From assembly GCF_040396215.1 (NCBI RefSeq), contig NZ_JBEBOW010000002.1:9437-73436 (forward strand): a stretch of 64,000 bases of DNA, read 5' to 3'. The position numbers were made by a program, and so were the translations under genes. The notes under the pieces are model-generated. The model saw only the letters and a program-made list of their open reading frames with translations. It was not told where the DNA came from and ran no database searches. This DNA is from Diaphorobacter ruginosibacter. GTDB lineage: Bacteria; Pseudomonadota; Gammaproteobacteria; Burkholderiales; Burkholderiaceae_C. Position 1 is the first letter of the stretch. The number at the start of each line of letters is the position of its first letter. Of this stretch, positions 1-8,995 are shown one piece after another.

Positions 1-203
1 CGGCAGGCATCTCCGTTCTGCAGGGCACGGGCGGCCTCGTGCAGCAGCGCGCAGATGCCCGCGTAGTTCAGCTCGGGATGAAGCTCCGCCATCTGGCCCA
101 CGCGCAGCCAGTGCTCGGCCTGGGCGTTGATGGAGCGGCTGAGCGCGGCGCTGGAGAGACGAATCTGGCCATGCAGTTCGTCGGAGATTTTGACGATTCC
201 CAT
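1..203 (-). CDS. ParD-like (antitoxin-family) small protein, N-terminal part only; ORF runs off the left edge
   Basis: Not in the ORF track because there is no stop in the window. The reverse strand from ATG (complement of 201-203) reads MGIVKISDELHGQIRLSSAALSRSINAQAEHWLRVGQMAELHPELNYAGICALLHEAARALQNGDAC with no stop to base 1. It resembles ParD_like-family proteins as I remember them. Confidence 0.5.
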   Translation of the reverse strand, partial: MGIVKISDELHGQIRLSSAALSRSINAQAEHWLRVGQMAELHPELNYAGICALLHEAARALQNGDAC

Positions 204-220
204 GCCCGCGATGATACGCT

Positions 221-241
221 GAATATACGTTTCGTATATTC
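221..241. promoter_or_regulatory. AT-rich perfect palindrome GAATATACG-TTT-CGTATATTC between the PAPS-reductase-like stop and the ParD-like start; candidate operator or hairpin
   Basis: Read directly: 9-bp arms with a 3-nt centre. It is an isolated AT-rich dyad in GC-rich DNA, 18 nt upstream of the ATG at 203. Confidence 0.35.
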
Positions 242-279
242 CCGCGCTTCAGCAGCCCCGCTTTCCCGGGGCGTATCCG

Positions 280-921
280 TCAATGCGAAAGATGCAGCCC
301 GCATTCGCGGTTGGCTTCGCCCTTGGTGGGGTCCACGTAGTCGAAATTGTTGGGCAGTCCGTGCTCGACGAGATATTCATGGAGCTGCTTGGAACTCCAG
401 TGCAGCAGCGGCGCGACCTTGATCAACCCGTCCGGGTTGATGCTCACCGGCTCCATCTGCGCGCGCACCGCCGTGTCCGTCGCCCGCAGGGCGGTGAACC
501 AGACCTCGGGCGCGGTCTCGCGCAGCGCGCGCGCGAAGGGCTCCAGCTTGACCTCCTCGGTGAAAGCCTCATGGCGCGGGTCGTCCAACGCGGGCGCCGG
601 GCCTTCCACCGCCTCGCGGTGCGCGCGGCTGCGGCGGGGCAGGTAGATGGACAGGTTCAGGTCCAGCTTCCGGGTCACCTCGTCGGCAAAGCGATACGTC
701 GCCTCTGTGTTGTAGCCGTTGTCCATCCAGATCACGCGCATGCCCGGCTGCGCGCGCACGCACATGTGCAGGATCACCGCCTCGAACGGCCGGAAATTGG
801 TGGTGACGATGGCTGTCTTGCCCAGGCCCGCCGCCCAGTTGACCAGGCCCTGGGCGTCGCGGCCCAGCGTGGCGTTGATGTGGGCGATATCGATGTTCTT
901 CATGTCTGCTTGCTGGTTCAT
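280..921 (-). CDS. phosphoadenosine phosphosulfate (PAPS) reductase family protein, short form without Fe-S cysteine cluster
   Basis: 213-aa ORF. It has the C-terminal ECGLH motif typical of CysH-type reductases and a PP-loop-like region (IVTTNFRPFEAVILHM...VIWMDNGYNTEATY). Only two Cys in total. GAGGA lies 8 nt upstream of the ATG. Confidence 0.8.
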   Translation of the reverse strand: MNQQADMKNIDIAHINATLGRDAQGLVNWAAGLGKTAIVTTNFRPFEAVILHMCVRAQPGMRVIWMDNGYNTEATYRFADEVTRKLDLNLSIYLPRRSRAHREAVEGPAPALDDPRHEAFTEEVKLEPFARALRETAPEVWFTALRATDTAVRAQMEPVSINPDGLIKVAPLLHWSSKQLHEYLVEHGLPNNFDYVDPTKGEANRECGLHLSH

Positions 922-987
922 ATCCTGTCCTCGCGCATCGCGGCCGATGCGGCCGGGTCATGGGTCCAATTGTTGTCCGGGTGCGTT

Positions 988-1749
988 TCAGTGGCCGCTT
1001 TGCGCCACCCATTGCGCGATGTCATCAGCCACCTGCAGGGCGGCGTCCGACAGAGCCCCCGCGCCGCCCGCCGCGTCGGCGGAGGCGGCCGGGCGCTGCG
1101 CCACGAACACGCGCTGCGCGATCAGCTCGTCGCCCGATTTGCTCGACGAGATCAGCGAGGCACGCACGCGCACCAGCCCCACGCTGTCCTTCTCGGAGCT
1201 GAACACCTGGCTGAATTCCTCGAGTTCCGCGCGCAGGATGGTCGGCGACCTGCCGCCGGTGATCTGCTGGTCGATGTTCTCGCTGCCGAAGATCACCGCG
1301 CGGTTCTGGGCGCTCAGGCGGTCGCGCACGGCCATCTGCATGAGCGCCGCTGGCGCCTGGCTCCAGCGCGCGAGCGTATAGGGGTACAGCACCTGCGCAT
1401 TCGCGTATGCAAGCCGGTAATACAGCGCGCTGCGGCCATCGGGAGGCCCCGCCGTGGCGAAGTCGGCCAGGCCGATGGGCGGCAAGGGCTGGCGCTCCTG
1501 CGCAGCGGCACCAGCGGCCCGCGCCGTCGTCAGGCCGGGGCCGAAGTCGTATACATCGGCGCGCTGCGGCGGCTGGGGCAGTATCGAGCCGCAGCCGGCC
1601 AGCAGCGCGGCCAGAGCCAGCGCGGCAAGGCCAGCGCCGGGCGCACGGACGGCCGGGCTGCGGCGCGGTGCCTGCAAGGATTCCGCGGAGCGCGGCTTGG
1701 CGGCGCGGGAAGGTGTGGCGGCGATCATGGGCATGGCATCTCTTCTCAT
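988..1749 (-). CDS. ABC-type transport auxiliary lipoprotein (Mla/MCE operon accessory component)
   Basis: Lipobox LLAGCGS after a hydrophobic stretch. It is the last gene of the permease/ATPase/MCE operon, starting 10 nt after the MCE stop. The start could also be the internal Met near 1734. Confidence 0.7.
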   Translation of the reverse strand: MRRDAMPMIAATPSRAAKPRSAESLQAPRRSPAVRAPGAGLAALALAALLAGCGSILPQPPQRADVYDFGPGLTTARAAGAAAQERQPLPPIGLADFATAGPPDGRSALYYRLAYANAQVLYPYTLARWSQAPAALMQMAVRDRLSAQNRAVIFGSENIDQQITGGRSPTILRAELEEFSQVFSSEKDSVGLVRVRASLISSSKSGDELIAQRVFVAQRPAASADAAGGAGALSDAALQVADDIAQWVAQSGH

Positions 1750-1758
1750 CTCTCGGCT

Positions 1759-2748
1759 TCAATGGGACGCTTGCGGCACGGCGCGGGGTGCCACGAAGCC
1801 AGGTTCGCCGGGGCCTGCCGTGCCCGCGCCGGCGCCGAAGATCAGCGATTGCGGGTTGTCACTGATGCTGTCGGCGGTGCGGCCCAGGCGCTGCGCCGCG
1901 CGGCCGGTCTGCTCGGCCGCGTAGTTCAGGCGCGGCAGCGTCACGCGGCCAAAACGGTCGGCGGCGGCGGCAAGCGATTGTGCGCTGACGGCGATCTCCC
2001 TGACCGGCCCGCCCTCCTGGCTCAGGCCCTGCACGGTCTGGCCGATGTCGTCGGCCGCGCGCGCGGCGCTGTCGCCCGCCGCGCGCAGGGAGGCCAGCGT
2101 TTTCTGCGCATCGCTGGCAAGCGCGGGCACGGAGGCCAGGGCGGGATCGAGCTTGGTGGCCACCGTGTTGTCGATCCGCTTGAGCAGCACATTCACGCTG
2201 CCGGCCGCCTGGCCGAGTTCATCGAGCGCCTTGCTGAAGCGCTTCTGGTTGTCGTCGCCCAGCAGCGTGTTCAAGCGATGGGTGGCGTCGTTGACCTGCA
2301 CCAGGATGTTCGGAATCTGCTCGGCGATCTGGCTGAACTGCGAAGACTGCAGCGGCAGGCGGGGAATGCCGTCCGCGCCCGGCGCGACGGGCTGCAGCGG
2401 CGACTCCGCATCGTCGAGCTGCACGTGCGCAAGTCCCGTGACGCCCTGGTAGCCGAGCGTTGCGAATGTGGTGCTGGTGATCGGCGCGTTCTCGTTCACG
2501 GCGATGCGGATCAATACGTTGCCCGCCACTTCAGGGTCAAAGCCGACCGAGGTCACCCTGCCCACCGCAACACCCTTGTAGCGCACCGCCGCCTGCGGCT
2601 GCAGGCCGGTGACGCTCTCTTTGCTGGACAGCTCGAATATCTTGTAGTCGGTCTTGTCGCGCGAGAGCCAGAGGCCGAGGCCGGCGAGCAGCGCCGCCAC
2701 CACGATCAGGAAGATGCCCGCAGCCAGTGCGTGTGACTTGTTTTCCAT
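1759..2748 (-). CDS. MCE-family (MlaD-like) substrate-binding protein
   Basis: N-terminal TM helix (AAGIFLIVVAALLAGLGLWL) followed by an MCE core (VTGLQPQAAVRYKGVAVGRVTSVGFDPE). Its start overlaps the ATPase stop at 2748. Confidence 0.85.
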   Translation of the reverse strand: MENKSHALAAGIFLIVVAALLAGLGLWLSRDKTDYKIFELSSKESVTGLQPQAAVRYKGVAVGRVTSVGFDPEVAGNVLIRIAVNENAPITSTTFATLGYQGVTGLAHVQLDDAESPLQPVAPGADGIPRLPLQSSQFSQIAEQIPNILVQVNDATHRLNTLLGDDNQKRFSKALDELGQAAGSVNVLLKRIDNTVATKLDPALASVPALASDAQKTLASLRAAGDSAARAADDIGQTVQGLSQEGGPVREIAVSAQSLAAAADRFGRVTLPRLNYAAEQTGRAAQRLGRTADSISDNPQSLIFGAGAGTAGPGEPGFVAPRAVPQASH

Positions 2749-3641
2749 CAGATTTCCTTGGCGGGAGACGCCGCTCGCTCCTCGGGCCCGGCGGGCGCCG
2801 CCGCCATCGCCCTGCGGCCGCGTTCTCCGAGAAAAAAGTGGTGAATGAAAGGATGATCGAACTGCACCACCTCGGCGGGCGGCCCCTCGACGATCACGCG
2901 CTTGTCGGCCAGCACGGCGACGGTGGTCGATAGCGCGAACAGCGAATCCAGGTCGTGCGTGACCATGATCACTGTCAGGCCCAGCGTCGCGTGCATGTCC
3001 TTGAGGAGTTCGCAGAACTCGTCCGAGCCATTGGGATCGAGCCCGGCGGTGGGCTCGTCGAGCAGCAGCAGCGGCGGGTCCATGATGAGAGCGCGCGCGA
3101 GCGCCACGCGCTTGATCATGCCGCCCGAGAGATCGGCCGGCATGCGCGTGGCGACCTCGGGCTTGAGGCCCACCATCTGCAGCTTGACCATGGCCGCGTC
3201 GCGCACCAGGCCGGGGGGCAGCGTGCCCTGCTCCTGCAGCGCGAAGCCGATGTTATCGATCACGTTGAACGCCGAGAACAGCGCGCCATGCTGGAACAGC
3301 ATGCCCACACGGCTTGCCGCGCCTTCGGTGCTCAGCTCGGACGCCGGACTGCCCAGCACCGTCACCTCGCCCGTGGTCGGTCGGGTCAGACCCAGGATGT
3401 GGCGCAGCAGCACGGTCTTGCCCGTGCCCGAGCCGCCCACGAGCGACACGATCTCGCCGCGCCGCACCGTGAGGTTCAGGTCCTTGTGCACCGTGAAGGC
3501 GTCCTCGCCCGAGCCGAACACGGTGGACAGGCTCCGGATGTCGACCACCACCGGCGCATCCTCGGGCGGCGGCGGCGGAGCCTGCGTGAACGCGGGCCGC
3601 GACGCGCCGGCGTCCAGGTACTGCTGTCGGGCCGCGCTCAT
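2748..3641 (-). CDS. ABC transporter ATP-binding protein (MlaF-like)
   Basis: Walker A GGSGTGKT, signature LSGGMIKRVALARAL, Walker B LLLLDEPTAGLD. Confidence 0.92.
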   Translation of the reverse strand: MSAARQQYLDAGASRPAFTQAPPPPPEDAPVVVDIRSLSTVFGSGEDAFTVHKDLNLTVRRGEIVSLVGGSGTGKTVLLRHILGLTRPTTGEVTVLGSPASELSTEGAASRVGMLFQHGALFSAFNVIDNIGFALQEQGTLPPGLVRDAAMVKLQMVGLKPEVATRMPADLSGGMIKRVALARALIMDPPLLLLDEPTAGLDPNGSDEFCELLKDMHATLGLTVIMVTHDLDSLFALSTTVAVLADKRVIVEGPPAEVVQFDHPFIHHFFLGERGRRAMAAAPAGPEERAASPAKEI

Positions 3642-3644
3642 CGT

Positions 3645-4766
3645 TCAGAACCCCACATTCTTGAAAGCGACCGCGAACAGCGCATCCACGATGATGACCA
3701 TGGTGATGGCGCTGACCACCGATGCGGTCGTTCCCTCGCCCAGGCTCTGCGTGTTCGGCTCGACGCTCAGGCCCCAGTGGCAGGCGATCAGCGCAATGAA
3801 TACGCCGAACACCGCCGACTTGCTCATCGCCAGCCACAGGTTGGAAGGATTCACCGCCGCCGGCAGCGCTTCGACGAAATAAGCGGGCGAAATGTTCATC
3901 GCCACATCCGCGGCCAGCATCCCGCCCGCCAGGGCGGCCAGCGTGGTCCACAGCGCCACCAGCGGCATGGCTATGGCCAGCGCCAGCGCGCGCGGCATCA
4001 CGAGGCGAAAGCCATGCGAAATGCCCATCACGCGCAGCGCATCCAGCTCTTCCGTCACACGCATCACGCCGATCTGCGCGGTGATCGCCGAGCCCGAGCG
4101 GCCGGCCACCAGAATGGCGCCCAGCATCGGTCCCAGCTCGCGGATCAACGAAATTCCAAGAATGTTCACGATGAACGCTTCCGCGCCAAACTGCCGCAAT
4201 TGAAGCGACATCAGGTAAGCCAGCACCACGCCGATCAAGAAGCCCACCAGCGCCGTGATGGGCAGCGCCGTCGCCCCCGTGCGGTACAGGTGCGCAGAAA
4301 TATCGCGCCAGGGCCCCTTGCGCGGCTGCGCGGCCAGACGCAGCAGATCGAACATCAACTGCCCGATCAGCTCCACCAGATGCCTGAAATGGCCCGCGGC
4401 CCTGAACAGGCCCACGCCAAGCTGGTCCAGCCGCGCGAAGAGCCACGATGGCCCCTTGGATGACGTCTGCTCCCGGCTGAACTTGGCCAACTGCCCGAAG
4501 ATGTCCTGCTGCGCGGGCGTGGCCTGCAAGCCCTGCGGCATGCGCCCGCCCCAATGGTTCCACAGGATCTGCGCGCCCACATGGTCGAACCGCTCCATGT
4601 CCCGCAGATCCCATGAACCGGAGTTGCCCGCGCGCCTGAGCTCGTCCTGCAGCCGCCGCCACGCATGCCGGTCCGCGAAGGCGGCGGCCACCCACTCTCC
4701 CCGCGCCCTGACGCTGGAGGCAGTGCCTGGTTCGGCCTGTATCGACGGCGGATTCGTTGTCTGCAT
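3645..4766 (-). CDS. MlaE-family ABC permease with N-terminal STAS-like extension
   Basis: The ORF track gives 3645-5066. I trimmed it to the ATG at 4766 (MQTTNPPSIQ...) because the upstream 100 codons run into the divergent promoter region. The C-terminal half is polytopic membrane, typical of MlaE. Confidence 0.82.
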   Translation of the reverse strand: MQTTNPPSIQAEPGTASSVRARGEWVAAAFADRHAWRRLQDELRRAGNSGSWDLRDMERFDHVGAQILWNHWGGRMPQGLQATPAQQDIFGQLAKFSREQTSSKGPSWLFARLDQLGVGLFRAAGHFRHLVELIGQLMFDLLRLAAQPRKGPWRDISAHLYRTGATALPITALVGFLIGVVLAYLMSLQLRQFGAEAFIVNILGISLIRELGPMLGAILVAGRSGSAITAQIGVMRVTEELDALRVMGISHGFRLVMPRALALAIAMPLVALWTTLAALAGGMLAADVAMNISPAYFVEALPAAVNPSNLWLAMSKSAVFGVFIALIACHWGLSVEPNTQSLGEGTTASVVSAITMVIIVDALFAVAFKNVGF

Positions 4767-5182
4767 GTCAAAGAAGAATATGCGGCGCGGTGCCTGGCGG
4801 CGCGCGTTCGGAAAGGGTGATTCTGCACGCCTGGCGACTGTCCGGCACGACACGGGGATGTTCAGGAAAACGCGCGCATCCGCGCGGCACCGTGGCGAAC
4901 GCCGGGAACACGTCACCGGAAGGCGTCCATCATTCCATAAAAAAAGGCGCCCGCGCGCCTTCAGGTCTTTTTGTGAACAACCTCTTGCAAACGCGGCACG
5001 GCCGCGGGCGCTGCCGACGCTTTGAGAAAACATCACAAATCCCGCGCTGGCCGCCGGTCGCATCAAACCCGCGCCACAAATTCAATAGCAGATCAGCACT
5101 TCCCCTCTCGACACCCGGAAGCCTTCTTGCACAATGGCTGAACGAGACACACAGGCCTGTTCAGGCAAGGCATCCGGCATCC

Positions 5183-6853
5183 ATGAGCGACAACACGGAA
5201 TTCGACTACATCATCATCGGCGGCGGCACGGCCGGCGCGCTGCTCTCCAACCGGCTCAGCGCCGACAAACAGAAAAGCGTGCTGCTCATCGAGGCGGGAC
5301 GCCGCGACGACTACCACTGGATCCACATCCCGGTGGGCTATCTGTACTGCATCGGCAACCCGCGCACCGACTGGCTCTACAACACCGAACCCGATCCAGG
5401 GCTCAATGGCCGCACGCTGCGCTATCCGCGCGGCAAGACCCTGGGCGGCTGCTCCAGCATCAACGGCATGATCTACATGCGCGGCCAGGCGCGCGACTAT
5501 GAACACTGGGCGCAGGTCACGGGTGACGACGAATGGCGATGGAGCAGCGTGCTCGACGCCTTTCGCCGCCACGAGGACCACTGGCGCCTGGACGACCCGG
5601 CCAAGGCCAGCGAGGCGTTCAAGCAATTGCACGGCAGCAAGAGCACCGGCGGCTCGGGCGAGTGGCGCGTGGAAAAGCAGCGCCTGCGCTGGGACATCCT
5701 CGATGCCTTCGCGCGGGCGGCGGCCGAGGCCGGCATCCCCGCCACCGACGACTTCAACCGCGGCACGAACGAAGGCGTGGGCTATTTCGAGGTGAATCAG
5801 AAAAGCGGCTGGCGCTGGAATACCGCCAAGGCGTTCCTGCGCCCCACGTGCTACGGACGCCCGAACTTCGAGATGTGGACCAACGCGCAGGCAGCCAGGC
5901 TCATCGTCGAGCCCCAGGCCGACGGTTCGCGGCGCTGCACCGGCGTGCAGGTATGGACCGGCAGGGAAATGATCACCGTGAAGGCGCACCAGGAAGTCAT
6001 CCTGAGCGCGGGCGCGGTGAACTCGCCGCAACTGCTGCAGCTCTCCGGCATCGGCCCGGCGGCGCTGCTGCAAAAGCACGGCATCGATGTGGTGCGCGAC
6101 CTGCCCGGCGTGGGCGCCAACCTGCAGGACCATCTGCAGATCCGCGCCGTCTACAAGGTCGATGATGTGCCTACGCTCAACGTGATGGCCGGCAGCCTCG
6201 TGGGCAAGGCGAAGATCGGGCTCGAATACGCGCTCAGGCGCAGCGGGCCGATGAGCATGGCGCCCTCGCAGTTGGGCGCTTTCACGCGCAGCAGCCCGGA
6301 GCTGGCGCACCCGAACATCCAATACCATGTGCAGCCGCTGTCGCTCGACGCCTTCGGTGAGCCGCTGCACAGCTTCCCGGCCTTCACCGCCAGCGTCTGC
6401 AACCTGAACCCGACCAGCCGGGGCTCGGTGACGATCAGGCATGCCGACTTCAAGGCCGCCCCCGCGATCGCGCCGAACTACCTCTCCACCGACGAAGACC
6501 GCAAGGTGGCCGCCGACAGCCTGCGCGTGACGCGCCGCATCGTCGCGCAACCGGCGCTGGCGAAGTATTCGCCGCAGGAATGGAAGCCGGGCCCGCAGTA
6601 CCAGAGCGACGAGGATCTGGCGCGGCTCGCGGGCGACATCGCCACCACTATCTTCCATCCGGTCGGCACGACGCGCATGGGCCGCGACGACGACCCCATG
6701 GCCGTGCTCGACTCGCACCTGCGGGTGCGCGGCATCGCAGGATTGCGCGTGGTGGACGCGGGCGCGATGCCCACCATCACCAGCGGCAACACCAACTCGC
6801 CCACGCTGATGATCGCGGAGATGGCGGCGAAGTGGATTCGCGGCGGGCAGTGA
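5183..6853 (+). CDS. GMC-family FAD oxidoreductase (choline/alcohol dehydrogenase-like)
   Basis: MSDNTEFDYIIIGGGTAGALLSNRLS ADP-binding fold at the trimmed start (ATG 5183). The GMC signature region is present and the protein is about 556 aa. Confidence 0.9.
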   Translation: MSDNTEFDYIIIGGGTAGALLSNRLSADKQKSVLLIEAGRRDDYHWIHIPVGYLYCIGNPRTDWLYNTEPDPGLNGRTLRYPRGKTLGGCSSINGMIYMRGQARDYEHWAQVTGDDEWRWSSVLDAFRRHEDHWRLDDPAKASEAFKQLHGSKSTGGSGEWRVEKQRLRWDILDAFARAAAEAGIPATDDFNRGTNEGVGYFEVNQKSGWRWNTAKAFLRPTCYGRPNFEMWTNAQAARLIVEPQADGSRRCTGVQVWTGREMITVKAHQEVILSAGAVNSPQLLQLSGIGPAALLQKHGIDVVRDLPGVGANLQDHLQIRAVYKVDDVPTLNVMAGSLVGKAKIGLEYALRRSGPMSMAPSQLGAFTRSSPELAHPNIQYHVQPLSLDAFGEPLHSFPAFTASVCNLNPTSRGSVTIRHADFKAAPAIAPNYLSTDEDRKVAADSLRVTRRIVAQPALAKYSPQEWKPGPQYQSDEDLARLAGDIATTIFHPVGTTRMGRDDDPMAVLDSHLRVRGIAGLRVVDAGAMPTITSGNTNSPTLMIAEMAAKWIRGGQ

Positions 6854-6887
6854 TGGGCAAATGAGGCCGGCGGCGCCTCCATGAAAC

Positions 6888-6912
6888 GAAAAGGCCCTTC
6901 CGGGCCTTTGTT
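6888..6912. terminator. stem-loop AAAGGCCC-TTCC-GGGCCTTT between convergent genes
   Basis: 8-bp GC-rich stem with flanking A/T runs on both sides. It sits between the GMC gene stop (6853) and the stop of the convergent gene (6960). Confidence 0.5.
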
Positions 6913-6959
6913 CCGCCTCGCGCGGGCAGCACTGTCTTGCGCGCCGCCCCTGCGATGCC

Positions 6960-8468
6960 TCACCTCGGCAGCGAGCCGCTGATGACGCCCGTTCGGTCGA
7001 CGACGCGCTGCACGGGAATCCGGCCATGATTGCCGTTCTCGATGACTTCGTTGCGAAAACCTGTTTCCATGGCCCAGCCCATGATCGCGCCATCGTTGTA
7101 GGCGGGGGTGAAACGGTACTCGCCCCGGAAGTCCGTGCAGCGTACCGTCCCGTGCCGGGTCGTTTCATACCAGCACTGCGCGGAGCCGCTGGAATTCTTC
7201 GCCCGGCCGGCATCCACCCTGGTCAGGTCGAATACGGTGTGTTCACGTCCGCCACCTGCGCCGGCGACGAAGAACGCCCACTTGCCCAACAGCGACTCGG
7301 GCTGCGGCGCCATCACACCCACGGAGAATTTCTGCATGGGAACCCATTGCTCCGCGGGCAGAAGAATCATGCCCGTGGTCGGGGACGTGAAACGGATCTG
7401 CGCATTGCCGTCCGAGCCCGCGTCGATGCCGGTGAGCGCGTCGCTGCCGTAGTAACGGCCCCCGCGCACCTTCTGCAGCGCCACGGTGGATGAGCCGCCC
7501 TTGTACTTGCCCGAGCCGATGCGGAAAGTGGGGCTTCCGTCGGCCTCGTAGCCATAGAGCTGCACGACCAGCGTATCCAGTTGCAGATCCATCGTCAGGC
7601 CGCGCCCCGGCTTGCCCGTGTTCTCGCCGGAAATGATCCACAGGCCGGCCTCCGGCACGCTGCTGGTGGTCACTTCACCCGTGAACCAGTCCATGCTTTC
7701 GGTGTCGAACATCAATTCCATATCGCCTCGGAACCTGAGAAGCGCCAGGCGCGCGCCGACGACCCGATCCTTGCTGGATGAACCGCGCCTCGAAACAGTG
7801 CCCTCCACGCGCTGTCCATAGCGCTTGAGAGTCACCGTGGCGGACGACCAGCTATCCCACGTCATCGGGCAGGTGACCGCCGCAGTGTCGGCATTCACCT
7901 GGCATTCCCCGTCGTCGGACCACATTCTTCCGTCCGCATCGTTGATCGCGACCCCGGAAGACTCCGTGAAATAGCCGTCCATATTCTTCGTGAGCAACCA
8001 CACCTCGCCCATGCCCGGCGGCAGGAACCGCCCCTGCGGCACGCCATCGAACACATAGCGGGAAATATCCACGGCCGGCTCCCCTGGGAACTTGATCGTG
8101 CCCGTGGTTGCGCTGCTGAAATCGATCCGGACTTCTCCCGCGGAGCCCACCTCCGCCGCATCGAGCGCCGGCCCGCCCAGATAACGCCCGCCTCTGTATT
8201 CCATCAACTGGCCGCTGAAACTGTTGCCGTTCATCGCCCCGGCTGCAAGATGGAACGTGGCCTCGCCGGTCGGCGCGTAGTTGTAGACGGCCATCACCAG
8301 CGTGCCGTCGCGCACCTCGATGCCCATGCCGCGTCCCGGCTGACCGTTGACCTCTTGCGTCACCACCCAGTTGCCGGGACTGACGGTGAAGTTGGAAGCG
8401 GCCATGGCCATGGAGCCCATCCATGCCAGCCCGGCGATGCACATCTTTGCCGTCAATTTCATGTCCAT
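6960..8468 (-). CDS. secreted protein of unknown function with internal (A-B)x2 duplication
   Basis: Signal peptide MDMKLTAKMCIAGLAWMGSMAMA. Two clearly homologous modules are present (see findings). I recognise no family. Confidence 0.7.
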   Translation of the reverse strand: MDMKLTAKMCIAGLAWMGSMAMAASNFTVSPGNWVVTQEVNGQPGRGMGIEVRDGTLVMAVYNYAPTGEATFHLAAGAMNGNSFSGQLMEYRGGRYLGGPALDAAEVGSAGEVRIDFSSATTGTIKFPGEPAVDISRYVFDGVPQGRFLPPGMGEVWLLTKNMDGYFTESSGVAINDADGRMWSDDGECQVNADTAAVTCPMTWDSWSSATVTLKRYGQRVEGTVSRRGSSSKDRVVGARLALLRFRGDMELMFDTESMDWFTGEVTTSSVPEAGLWIISGENTGKPGRGLTMDLQLDTLVVQLYGYEADGSPTFRIGSGKYKGGSSTVALQKVRGGRYYGSDALTGIDAGSDGNAQIRFTSPTTGMILLPAEQWVPMQKFSVGVMAPQPESLLGKWAFFVAGAGGGREHTVFDLTRVDAGRAKNSSGSAQCWYETTRHGTVRCTDFRGEYRFTPAYNDGAIMGWAMETGFRNEVIENGNHGRIPVQRVVDRTGVISGSLPR

Positions 8469-8630
8469 GCGAATTGCCCTCTCGATGATTTCGCGCGGAC
8501 TGTATCAGCCGGAAATTTCCGCATCCAGCCGATCTCGACCGAACAAGACGACAAACGATACGGAGTTTGCGTTGGATTGAACGCTTGCGCTTTGGGAGGC
8601 GCTGCCGGGCGCGGAATTCGCAAACAAGTG

Positions 8631-8936
8631 TCAACGCAACGTGCCGATGTACTTCCGCGAATCAAGCCGCTGCCTGAGCATGTCGCCCGCGCGCTGAACC
8701 AGCGGGACGCGCTGTGGCGCGTCGGTCTCCTCCAGCCAGGCGTTCTCCAGGCGCGAGGCCCACTCCAGCAACTCGGGCGTGGCGTGGTTCTCCGCATGCT
8801 GACGCGCGAGAGTGATGATGGCCAACGCGTATTCGGCGTTGGCGGCCATCCACTCGGTATCCGTCACGCGCCCGGTGTTCCTGCGCAGCAGGACATGCAA
8901 ATGCGCGGCAATGGCCAGGCGATTGTTTTCGGTCAT
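8631..8936 (-). CDS. small hypothetical protein (101 aa) immediately downstream of amtB
   Basis: GGAGA lies 7 nt upstream of the ATG. The gene starts 59 nt after the amtB stop with no obvious terminator between. Codon usage looks like the neighbours. No family recognised. Confidence 0.5.
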   Translation of the reverse strand: MTENNRLAIAAHLHVLLRRNTGRVTDTEWMAANAEYALAIITLARQHAENHATPELLEWASRLENAWLEETDAPQRVPLVQRAGDMLRQRLDSRKYIGTLR

Positions 8937-8995
8937 GTCATATCTCCAGGCTGATTGAACAGGACAGGAACTGGCAAGCTGGCCGCATGGTGCTC

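Noticed and set aside
283-2736. 817-aa plus-strand ORF spanning the PAPS-reductase, lipoprotein and MCE genes
   Set aside because: It is antisense to three well-supported minus-strand genes. Its Arg/Ala/Gly-rich, low-complexity translation is typical of stop-free antisense frames in high-GC DNA.
4767-5066. N-terminal 100-codon extension of the MlaE-like permease ORF
   Set aside because: The extension has a non-protein-like composition and runs through the intergenic region. The ATG at 4766 gives a sensible N-terminus.
4757-5182. N-terminal 142-codon extension of the GMC oxidoreductase ORF
   Set aside because: It overlaps the divergent permease start and promoter region. The canonical FAD fold begins right after ATG 5183.
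5093-7213. 706-aa minus-strand ORF
   Set aside because: It is antisense to the GMC oxidoreductase, which has clear FAD-binding motifs, and it shows the same GC-artefact composition.
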